From the NCBI GenBank assembly GCA_964016885.1, contig OZ024765.1, forward strand, positions 23,684,001 to 23,748,000: DNA of 64,000 nt, in the 5' to 3' direction. Shown in pieces: positions 52,101 through 64,000 of the stretch. The notes under the pieces are model-generated. The model was given only the letters and a program-made list of their open reading frames with translations. It made no database searches and was not told the origin of the DNA. The position numbers and the translations under genes were made by a program. Position 1 is the first letter of the stretch. Every line of letters starts with the position of its first letter. This DNA is from Eledone cirrhosa. Taxonomy: Eukaryota.

Positions 52101-55100
52101 CACAGACAATTGATGGAAGCTATGAAGTAGGAAGACCTGGGATGAGGTGATAAAAGCTGACCTCACACAACTGATGGAAGCTATGAAGTAGGAAGATCTA
52201 GGATGTGATAAAAGCTGACCTCAGACAATTGATCGAAGCTATGAAGTAGGAAGACCTGGGATGAGGTGATAAAATCTGGCCTCACACAACTGATGGAAGC
52301 TATGAAGTAGGAAGACATAGTTTGAGGTGATAAAAGCTGACCTCAGACAATTGATGGAAGCTATGAAGTAGGAAGACCTGGGATGAGGTGATAAAAGCTG
52401 ACCTCACACAACTGATGGAAGCTATGAAGTAGGAAGATCTAGGATGTGATAAAAGCTGACCTCAGACAATTGATCGAAGCTATGAAGTAGGAAGACCTGG
52501 GATGAGGTGATAAAATCTGGCCTCACACAACTGATGGAAGCTATGAAGTAGGAAGACATAGTTTGAGGTGATAAAAGCTGACCTCAGACAATTGATGGAA
52601 GCTATGCCGTAGGAAGACCTGGGATGAGGTAATAAAAGCTGACCTCAGACAATTGATCGAAGCTATGAAGTAGGAAGACCTGGCATGAGGTGATAAAAGC
52701 TGACCTCAGACAATTGATCGAAGCTATGAAGTAGGAAGACCTGGGATGAGGTGATAAAAGCTGACCTCAGATAATTGATCGAAGCTATGAAGTAGGAAGA
52801 CCTGGGATGAGGTGATAAAAGCTGACCTCAGACAATTGATCGAAGCTATGAAGTAGGAAGACCTGGGATGAGGTGATAAAAGTTGACCTCACACAATTGA
52901 TGGAAGCTATGAAGTAGGAAGACCTAGTTTGAGGTGATAAAAGCTGACCTCAGACAATTGATAGAAGCTATGAAGTAGGAAGACCTGGGATGAGGTGATA
53001 AAAGCTGACCTCACACAACTGATGGAAGCTATGAAGTAGGAAGACCTGGGATGAGGTGATAAAAGCAGAGCTCCCACAACTGATGGAAGCTATGAAGTAG
53101 GAAGATCTATCATGAGGTGATAAAAGCTGACCTCACACAATTGATGGAAGCTATGAAGTAGGAAGACCTGGGATGAGGTTATAAAAGCTGACTTCACACA
53201 ATTGATGGAAGCTATGAAGTAGGAAGACCTGGGATGAGGTGATAAAAGCTGACCTGACACAATTGATGGAAGTTATGGAGTAGGAAGACCTAGTTTGAGG
53301 TGATAAAAGCTGACCTCACACAATTGATGGAAGCTATGAAGCAGGAAGACCTGGGATGAGGTGATAAAAGCTGACCTCACATAATTGATGGAAGCTATGA
53401 AGTAGGAAGACCTGGGATGAGGTGATAAAACCTGACCTCACACAACTGATGGAAGCTATGAAGTAGGAAGATCTAGTTTGAGGTGATAAAAGCTCACCTC
53501 ACACAATTGATGGAAGCTATGAAGTAGGAAGATCTAGGATGAGGTGATAAAAGCTGACCTCAGACAACTGATGGAAGCTATGAAGTAGGAAGACCTGGGA
53601 TGAGGTGATAAAAGCTGAGCTCACACAACTGATGGAAGCTATGAAGTAGGAAGATCTAGGATGAGGTGATAAAAGCTGACCTCAGATATTATTTATATTG
53701 AGAATACCTTAATATCAGTAAGAGTGGCTTGAACAGAAAAAGGGGACAGAATTCTGGTCGGTTTAAATGTTAAAGAGTTAATCAACTTTCAGTGGATTAC
53801 GTTCCAATTTCCTGGAAGCTATACAGTAGGAAGACCTGGGATGAGGTGATAAAAGCTGACCTGACACAATTGATGGAAGCTATGAAGTAGGAAGACCTGG
53901 GATGAGGTGATAAAAGCTGACCTCAGACAATTGATGGAAGCTATGAAGTAGGAAGATCTAGGATGTGATAAAAGCTGACCTCAGACAATTGATGGAAGCT
54001 ATGAAGTAGGAAGACATAGTTTGAGGTGATAACAGCTGACCTCAGACAATTGATGGAAGCTATGAAGTAGGAAGACCTGGGATGAGGTGATAAAAGCTGA
54101 CCTCCCACAATTGATGGAAGCTATGAAGTAGGAAGATCTAGGATGAGGTGATAAAAGCTGACCTCACACAATTGATGGAAGCTATGAAGTAGGAAGATCT
54201 ATCATAAGGTGATAAAAGATGACCTCACACAACTGATGGAAGCTATGAAGTAGGAAGATCAAGGATGAGGTGATAAAAGCTGACCTCAGACAATTGATGG
54301 AAGCTATGGAGTAGGAAGACCTGGGATGAGGTGATAAAAGCTGACCTCACACAATTGATGGAAGCTATGAAGTAGGAAGACCTGGGATGAGGTGATAAAA
54401 GCTGACCTCAGACAATTGATGGAAGCTATGAAGTAGGAAGACCTGGGATGAGGTGATAAAAGCTGACCTCACACAACTGATGGAAGCTATGGAGTAGGAA
54501 GACCTGTGATGAGGTGATAAAAGATGACCTCACACAACTGATGGAAGCTATGAAGTAGGAAGATCAAGGATGAGGTGATAAAAGCTGACCTCAGACAATT
54601 GATGGAAGCTATAGAGTAGGAAGACCTGGGATGAGGTGATAAAAGTTGACCTCACACAATTGATGGAAGCTATGAAGTAGGAAGACCTAGTTTGAGGTGA
54701 TAAAAGCTGACCTCAGACAATTGATGGAAGCTATGAAGTAGGAAGACCTGGGATGAGGTGATAAAAGCTGACCTCACACAACTGATGGAAGCTATGGAGT
54801 AGGAAGACCTGTGATGAGGTGATAAAAGATGACCTCACACAACTGATGGAAGCTATGAAGTAGGAAGATCAAGGATGAGGTGATAAAAGCTGACCTCAGA
54901 CAATTGATGGAAGCTATAGAGTAGGAAGACCTGGGATGAGGTGATAAAAGTTGACCTCACACAATTGATGGAAGCTATGAAGTAGGAAGACCTAGTTTGA
55001 GGTGATAAAAGCTGACCTCAGACAATTGATAGAAGCTATGAAGTAGGAAGACCTGGGATGAGGTGATAAAAGCTGACCTGACACAATTGATGGAAGTTAT

Positions 55101-58100
55101 GGAGTAGGAAGACCTAGTTTGAGGTGATAAAAGCTGACCTCACACAATTGATGGAAGCTATGAAGCAGGAAGACCTGGGATGAGGTGATAAAAGCTGACC
55201 TCACATAATTGATGGAAGCTATGAAGTAGGAAGACCTGGGATGAGGTGATAAAAGCTGACCTCACACAACTGATGGAAGCTATGAAGTAGGAAGATCTAG
55301 TTTGAGGTGATAAAAGCTGAGCTCACACAACTGATGGAAGCTATGAAGTAGGAAGATCTAGGATGAGGTGATAAAAGCTGACCTCAGACAACTGATGGAA
55401 GCTATGAAGTAGGAAGACCTGGGATGAGGTGATAAAAGCTAAGCTCACACAACTGATGGAAGCTATGAAGTAGGAAGATCTAGGATGAGGTGATAAAAGC
55501 TGACCTCAGATATTATTTATATTGAGAATACCTTAATATCAGTAAGAGTGGCTTGAACAGAAAAAGGGGACAGAATTCTGGTCGGTTTAAATGTTAAAGA
55601 GTTAATCAACTTTCAGTGGATTACGTTCCAATTTCCTGGAAGCTATACAGTAGGAAGACCTGGGATGAGGTGATAAAAGCTGACCTGACACAATTGATGG
55701 AAGCTATGAAGTAGGAAGACCTGGGATGAGGTGATAAAAGCTGACCTCACACAATTGATGGAAGCTATGAAGTAGGAAGATCTAGGATGTGATAAAAGCT
55801 GACCTCAGACAATTGATGGAAGCTATGAAGTAGGAAGACATAGTTTGAGGTGATAAAAGCTGACCTCAGACAATTGATGGAAGCTATGAAGTAGGAAGAC
55901 CTGGGATGAGGTGATAAAAGCTGACCTTACACAATTGATGGAAGCTATGAAGTAGGAAGATCTAGGATGTGATAAAAGCTGACCACAGACAATTGATGGA
56001 AGCTATGAAGTAGGAAGACCTGGGATGAGGTGATAAAAGCTGACCTCACACAACTGATGGAAGCTATGAAGTAGGAAGATCTAGGATGTGATAAAAGCTG
56101 ACCTCAGACAATTGATCGAAGCTATGAAGTAGGAAGACCTGGGATGAGGTGATAAAATCTGGCCTCACACAACTGATGGAAGCTATGAAGTAGGAAGACA
56201 TAGTTTGAGGTGATAAAAGCTGACCTCAGACAATTGATGGAAGCTATGAAGTAGGAAGACCTGGGATGAGGTGATAAAAGCTGACCTCACACAACTGATG
56301 GAAGCTATGAAGTAGGAAGATCTAGGATGTGATAAAAGCTGACCTCAGACAATTGATCGAAGCTATGAAGTAGGAAGACCTGGGATGAGGTGATAAAATC
56401 TGGCCTCACACAACTGATGGAAGCTATGAAGTAGGAAGACATAGTTTGAGGTGATAAAAGCTGACCTCAGACAATTGATGGAAGCTATGCCGTAGGAAGA
56501 CCTGGGATGAGGTAATAAAAGCTGACCTCAGACAATTGATCGAAGCTATGAAGTAGGAAGACCTGGCATGAGGTGATAAAAGCTGACCTCAGACAATTGA
56601 TCGAAGCTATGAAGTAGGAAGACCTGGGATGAGGTGATAAAAGCTGACCTCAGATAATTGATCGAAGCTATGAAGTAGGAAGACCTGGGATGAGGTGATA
56701 AAAGCTGACCTCAGACAATTGATCGAAGCTATGAAGTAGGAAGACCTGGGATGAGGTGATAAAAGTTGACCTCACACAATTGATGGAAGCTATGAAGTAG
56801 GAAGACCTAGTTTGAGGTGATAAAAGCTGACCTCAGACAATTGATAGAAGCTATGAAGTAGGAAGACCTGGGATGAGGTGATAAAAGCTGACCTCACACA
56901 ACTGATGGAAGCTATGAAGTAGGAAGACCTGGGATGAGGTGATAAAAGCAGAGCTCCCACAACTGATGGAAGCTATGAAGTAGGAAGATCTATCATGAGG
57001 TGATAAAAGCTGACCTCACACAATTGATGGAAGCTATGAAGTAGGAAGACCTGGGATGAGGTTATAAAAGCTGACTTCACACAATTGATGGAAGCTATGA
57101 AGTAGGAAGACCTGGGATGAGGTGATAAAAGCTGACCTGACACAATTGATGGAAGTTATGGAGTAGGAAGACCTAGTTTGAGGTGATAAAAGCTGACCTC
57201 ACACAATTGATGGAAGCTATGAAGCAGGAAGACCTGGGATGAGGTGATAAAAGCTGACCTCACATAATTGATGGAAGCTATGAAGTAGGAAGACCTGGGA
57301 TGAGGTGATAAAACCTGACCTCACACAACTGATGGAAGCTATGAAGTAGGAAGATCTAGTTTGAGGTGATAAAAGCTCACCTCACACAATTGATGGAAGC
57401 TATGAAGTAGGAAGATCTAGGATGAGGTGATAAAAGCTGACCTCAGACAACTGATGGAAGCTATGAAGTAGGAAGACCTGGGATGAGGTGATAAAAGCTG
57501 AGCTCACACAACTGATGGAAGCTATGAAGTAGGAAGATCTAGGATGAGGTGATAAAAGCTGACCTCAGATATTATTTATATTGAGAATACCTTAATATCA
57601 GTAAGAGTGGCTTGAACAGAAAAAGGGGACAGAATTCTGGTCGGTTTAAATGTTAAAGAGTTAATCAACTTTCAGTGGATTACGTTCCAATTTCCTGGAA
57701 GCTATACAGTAGGAAGACCTGGGATGAGGTGATAAAAGCTGACCTGACACAATTGATGGAAGCTATGAAGTAGGAAGACCTGGGATGAGGTGATAAAAGC
57801 TGACCTCAGACAATTGATGGAAGCTATGAAGTAGGAAGATCTAGGATGTGATAAAAGCTGACCTCAGACAATTGATGGAAGCTATGAAGTAGGAAGACAT
57901 AGTTTGAGGTGATAACAGCTGACCTCAGACAATTGATGGAAGCTATGAAGTAGGAAGACCTGGGATGAGGTGATAAAAGCTGACCTCCCACAATTGATGG
58001 AAGCTATGAAGTAGGAAGATCTAGGATGAGGTGATAAAAGCTGACCTCACACAATTGATGGAAGCTATGAAGTAGGAAGATCTATCATAAGGTGATAAAA

Positions 58101-61100
58101 GCTGACCTCAGACAATTGATTTGAAGCTATGAAGTAGGAAGACCTGGGATGAGGTGATAAAAGCTGACCTCACACAATTGATGGAAGCTATGAAGTAGGA
58201 AGACCTGGGATGAGGTGATAAAAGCAGAGCTCCCACAATTGATGGAAGCTATGAAGTAGGAAGACCTGGGATGAGGTGATAAAAGCTGACCTGACACAAT
58301 TGATGGAAGCTATGGAGCAGAAAGACCTAGGATGAGGTGATAAAAGCTGACCTCACGATTGATGGAAGTTATGAAGTAGGAAGATCTAGGATGAGGTGAT
58401 AAAAACTGACCTCAGACAATTGATAGAAGCTATGAAGTAGGAAGACCTGGGATGAGGTGATAAAAGCTGACCTCAGACAATTGATGGAAGCTATGAAGTA
58501 GGAAGACCTGGGATGAGGTGATAAAAGCTGACCTCACACAATTGATGGAAGCTATGGAGTAGGAAGACCTGGGATGAGGTGATAAAAGCTGACCTCACAC
58601 AATTGATGGAAGCTATGGAGTAGGAAGACCTGGGATGAGGTGATAAAAGATGACCTCACACAACTGATGGAAGCTATGAAGTAGGAAGATCAAGGATGAG
58701 GTGATAAAAGCTGACCTCAGACAATTGATGGAAGCTATGGAGTAGGAAGACATAGTTTGAGGTGATAAAAGCTGACCTCAGACAATTGATGGAAGCTATG
58801 AAGTAGGAAGACCTGGGATGAGGTGATAAAAGATGACCTCACACAACTGATGGAAGCTATGAAGTAGGAAGATCTAGGATGTGATAATAGCTGACCTCAG
58901 ACAATTGATCGAAGCTATGAAGTAGGAAGACCTGGGATGAGGTGATAAAATCTGGCCTCACACAACTGATGGAAGCTATGAAGTAGGAAGACATAGTTTG
59001 AGGTGATAAAAGCTGACCTCAGACAATTGATGGAAGCTATGAAGTAGGAAGACCTGGGATGAGGTGATAAAAGCTGACCTCAGACAATTGATGGAAGCTA
59101 TGCCGTAGGAAGACCTGGGATGAGGTGATAAAAGCTGACCTCACACAATTGATGGAAGCTATGAAGTAGGAAGACATAGTTTGAGGTGATAAAAGCTGAC
59201 CTCAGACAATTGATGGAAGCTATGAAGTAGGAAGACCTGGGATGAGGTGATAAAAGCTGACCTCCCACAATTGATGGAAGCTATGAAGTAGGAAGATCTA
59301 TCATGAGGTGATAAAAGCTGACCTCAGACAATTGATTTGAAGCTATGAAGTAGGAAGACCTGGGATGAGGTGATAAAAGCTGACCTCACACAATTGATGG
59401 AAGCTATGAAGTAGGAAGACCTGGGATGAGGTGATAAAAGCAGAGCTCCCACAATTGATGGAAGCTATGAAGTAGGAAGACCTGGGATGAGGTGATAAAA
59501 GCTGACCTGACACAATTGATGGAAGCTATGGAGCAGAAAGACCTAGGATGAGGTGATAAAAGCTGACCTCACGATTGATGGAAGTTATGAAGTAGGAAGA
59601 TCTAGGATGAGGTGATAAAAACTGACCTCAGACAATTGATAGAAGCTATGAAGTAGGAAGACCTGGGATGAGGTGATAAAAGCTGACCTCAGACAATTGA
59701 TGGAAGCTATGAAGTAGGAAGACCTGGGATGAGGTGATAAAAGCTGACCTCACACAATTGATGGAAGCTATGGAGTAGGAAGACCTGGGATGAGGTGATA
59801 AAAGCTGACCTCACACAATTGATGGAAGCTATGGAGTAGGAAGACCTGGGATGAGGTGATAAAAGCTGACCTCAGACAATTGATGGAAGCTATGAAGTAG
59901 GAAGACCTGGGATGAGGTGATAAAAGCTGACCTCACACAACTGATGGAAGCTATGGAGTAGGAAGACCTGTGATGAGGTGATAAAAGCTGACCTCACACA
60001 ACTGATGGAAGCTATGAAGTAAGAAGATCAAGGATGAGGTGATAAAAGCTGACCTCAGACAATTGATCGAAGCTATGAATTAGGAAGACCTGGGATGAGG
60101 TAATAAAAGCTGACCTCACACAATTGATGGAAGCTATAGAGTAGGAAGACCTGGGATAAGGTGATAAAAGTTGACCTCACACAATTGATGGAAGCTATGA
60201 AGTAGGAAGACCTAGTTTGAGGTGATAAAAGCTGACCTCAGACAATTGATAGAAGCTATGAAGTAGGAAGACCTGGGATGAGGTGATAAAAGCTGACCTC
60301 ACACAACTGATGAAAGCTATGAAGTAGGAAGATCTATCATGAGGTGATAAAAGCTGACCTTACACAATTGATGGAAGCTATGAAGTAGGAAGACCTGGGA
60401 TGAGGTTATAAAAGCTGACTTCACACAATTGATGGAAGCTATGAAGTAGGAAGACCTGGGATGACGTGATAAAAGCTGACCTGACACAATTGATGGAAGT
60501 TATGTAGTAGGAAGACCTAGTTTGAGGTGATAAAAGCTGACCTCACACAATTGATGGAAGCTATGAAGCAGGAAGACCTGGGATGAGGTGATAAAAGCTG
60601 ACCTCACATAATTGATGGAAGCTATGAAGTAGGAAGACCTGGGATGAGGTGATAAAAGCTGACCTCACACAACTGATGGAAGCTATGAAGTAGGAAGATC
60701 TAGTTTGAGGTGATAAAAGCTCACCTCACACAATTGATGGAAGCTATGAAGTAGGAAGATCTAGGATGAGGTGATAAAAGCTGACCTCAGACAACTGATG
60801 GAAGCTATGAAGTAGGAAGACCTGGGATGAGGTGATAAAAGCTAAGCTCACACAACTGATGGAAGCTATGAAGTAGGAAGATCTAGGATGAGGTGATAAA
60901 AGCTGACCTCAGATATTATTTATATTGAGAATACCTTAATATCAGTAAGAGTGGCTTGAACAGAAAAAGGGGACAGAATTCTGGTCGGTTTAAATGTTAA
61001 AGAGTTAATCAACTTTCAGTGGATTACGTTCCAATTTCCTGGAAGCTATACAGTAGGAAGACCTGGGATGAGGTGATAAAAGCTGACCTGACACAATTGA

Positions 61101-64000
61101 TGGAAGCTATGAAGTAGGAAGACCTGGGATGAGGTGATAAAAGCTGACCTCAGACAATTGATGGAAGCTATGAAGTAGGAAGATCTAGGATGTGATAAAA
61201 GCTGACCTCAGACAATTGATGGAAGCTATGAAGTAGGAAGACATAGTTTGAGGTGATAACAGCTGACCTCAGACAATTGATGGAAGCTATGAAGTAGGAA
61301 GACCTGGGATGAGGTGATAAAAGCTGACCTCCCACAATTGATGGAAGCTATGAAGTAGGAAGATCTAGGATGAGGTGATAAAAGCTGACCTCACACAATT
61401 GATGGAAGCTATGAAGTAGGAAGATCTATCATAAGGTGATAAAAGCTGACCTCAGACAATTGATTTGAAGCTATGAAGTAGGAAGACCTGGGATGAGGTG
61501 ATAAAAGCTGACCTCACACAATTGATGGAAGCTATGAAGTAGGAAGACCTGGGATGAGGTGATAAAAGCAGAGCTCCCACAATTGATGGAAGCTATGAAG
61601 TAGGAAGACCTGGGATGAGGTGATAAAAGCTGACCTGACACAATTGATGGAAGCTATGGAGCAGAAAGACCTAGGATGAGGTGATAAAAGCTGACCTCAC
61701 GATTGATGGAAGTTATGAAGTAGGAAGATCTAGGATGAGGTGATAAAAACTGACCTCAGACAATTGATAGAAGCTATGAAGTAGGAAGACCTGGGATGAG
61801 GTGATAAAAGCTGACCTCAGACAATTGATGGAAGCTATGAAGTAGGAAGACCTGGGATGAGGTGATAAAAGCTGACCTCACACAATTGATGGAAGCTATG
61901 GAGTAGGAAGACCTGGGATGAGGTGATAAAAGCTGACCTCACACAATTGATGGAAGCTATGGAGTAGGAAGACCTGGGATGAGGTGATAAAAGATGACCT
62001 CACACAACTGATGGAAGCTATGAAGTAGGAAGATCAAGGATGAGGTGATAAAAGCTGACCTCAGACAATTGATGGAAGCTATGGAGTAGGAAGACCTGGG
62101 ATGAGGTGATAAAAGCTGACCTCACACAATTGATGGAAGCTATGAAGTAGGAAGACCTGGGATGAGGTGATAAAAGCTGACCTCAGACAATTGATGGAAG
62201 CTATGAAGTAGGAAGACCTGGGATGAGGTGATAAAAGCTGACCTCACACAACTGATGGAAGCTATGGAGTAGGAAGACCTGTGATGAGGTGATAAAAGAT
62301 GACCTCACACAACTGATGGAAGCTATGAAGTAGGAAGATCAAGGATGAGGTGATAAAAGCTGACCTCAGACAATTGATGGAAGCTATAGAGTAGGAAGAC
62401 CTGGGATGAGGTGATAAAAGTTGACCTCACACAATTGATGGAAGCTATGAAGTAGGAAGACCTAGTTTGAGGTGATAAAAGCTGACCTCAGACAATTGAT
62501 AGAAGCTATGAAGTAGGAAGACCTGGGATGAGGTGATAAAAGCTGACCTGACACAATTGATGGAAGTTATGGAGTAGGAAGACCTAGTTTGAGGTGATAA
62601 AAGCTGACCTCACACAATTGATGGAAGCTATGAAGCAGGAAGACCTGGGATGAGGTGATAAAAGCTGACCTCACATAATTGATGGAAGCTATGAAGTAGG
62701 AAGACCTGGGATGAGGTGATAAAAGCTGACCTCACACAACTGATGGAAGCTATGAAGTAGGAAGATCTAGTTTGAGGTGATAAAAGCTGAGCTCACACAA
62801 CTGATGGAAGCTATGAAGTAGGAAGATCTAGGATGAGGTGATAAAAGCTGACCTCAGACAACTGATGGAAGCTATGAAGTAGGAAGACCTGGGATGAGGT
62901 GATAAAAGCTAAGCTCACACAACTGATGGAAGCTATGAAGTAGGAAGATCTAGGATGAGGTGATAAAAGCTGACCTCAGATATTATTTATATTGAGAATA
63001 CCTTAATATCAGTAAGAGTGGCTTGAACAGAAAAAGGGGACAGAATTCTGGTCGGTTTAAATGTTAAAGAGTTAATCAACTTTCAGTGGATTACGTTCCA
63101 ATTTCCTGGAAGCTATACAGTAGGAAGACCTGGGATGAGGTGATAAAAGCTGACCTGACACAATTGATGGAAGCTATGAAGTAGGAAGACCTGGGATGAG
63201 GTGATAAAAGCTGACCTCACACAATTGATGGAAGCTATGAAGTAGGAAGATCTAGGATGTGATAAAAGCTGACCTCAGACAATTGATGGAAGCTATGAAG
63301 TAGGAAGACATAGTTTGAGGTGATAAAAGCTGACCTCAGACAATTGATGGAAGCTATGAAGTAGGAAGACCTGGGATGAGGTGATAAAAGCTGACCTTAC
63401 ACAATTGATGGAAGCTATGAAGTAGGAAGATCTAGGATGTGATAAAAGCTGACCACAGACAATTGATGGAAGCTATGAAGTAGGAAGACCTGGGATGAGG
63501 TGATAAAAGCTGACCTCACACAACTGATGGAAGCTATGAAGTAGGAAGATCTAGGATGTGATAAAAGCTGACCTCAGACAATTGATCGAAGCTATGAAGT
63601 AGGAAGACCTGGGATGAGGTGATAAAATCTGGCCTCACACAACTGATGGAAGCTATGAAGTAGGAAGACATAGTTTGAGGTGATAAAAGCTGACCTCAGA
63701 CAATTGATGGAAGCTATGAAGTAGGAAGACCTGGGATGAGGTGATAAAAGCTGACCTCACACAACTGATGGAAGCTATGAAGTAGGAAGATCTAGGATGT
63801 GATAAAAGCTGACCTCAGACAATTGATCGAAGCTATGAAGTAGGAAGACCTGGGATGAGGTGATAAAATCTGGCCTCACACAACTGATGGAAGCTATGAA
63901 GTAGGAAGACATAGTTTGAGGTGATAAAAGCTGACCTCAGACAATTGATGGAAGCTATGCCGTAGGAAGACCTGGGATGAGGTAATAAAAGCTGACCTCA
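37104..64000 (+). repeat. Satellite array of a 61-bp LINE-derived monomer (~415-420 copies in window) with higher-order structure; continues beyond the window
   Basis: Consensus attgatggaagctatgaagtaggaagacctgggatgaggtgataaaagctgacctca(c/g)aca. A 128-bp spacer starts at 39224, 41535, 43724, 46215, 49559, 51626, 53685, 55509, 57568, 60912 and 62979. Confidence 0.99.

Noticed and set aside
37104-64000. Satellite as a repetitive-protein CDS or CRISPR-like repeat/spacer system
   Set aside because: The 61-bp period is not a multiple of 3, stops are frequent, the ORF track shows nothing here, and the spacers are near-identical copies of the flank.

Overview
AT-rich eukaryotic (animal) DNA made almost entirely of repeats. 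The tandem [14 protein letters not shown](E/D)KP C2H2 genes, (TA)n/(TG)n tracts and RTE-LINE/SINE content resemble octopus/cephalopod genomes; this is an inference, not a tested assignment. Layout: (1) a rearranged Penelope-like RT relic, then a ~5.1 kb array of a 56-bp hairpin-containing monomer (369-5462); (2) a near-full-length decayed RTE LINE with a PHD-like finger (7.5-10.7 kb), minisatellites and a decayed hAT transposase (16.6-18.6 kb); (3) a direct segmental duplication (~20.9-26.4 kb and ~30.1-37.1 kb), each copy holding a minus-strand C2H2 zinc-finger gene, one a 9-finger pseudogene and one an intact 16-finger ORF; (4) a >26.9 kb satellite of a 61-bp monomer (37.1 kb to the window end). 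The main observation is that this satellite can be traced to its origin. The monomer is a piece of RTE LINE ORF 3' end, its two-copy seed survives in the paralogous segment at ~26.25-26.4 kb, and the array has nested higher-order structure marked by a 128-bp spacer containing a piggyBac-like MITE end. No prokaryotic-type system (CRISPR, operon) is supported. Coordinates were read by eye and repeat boundaries are approximate.
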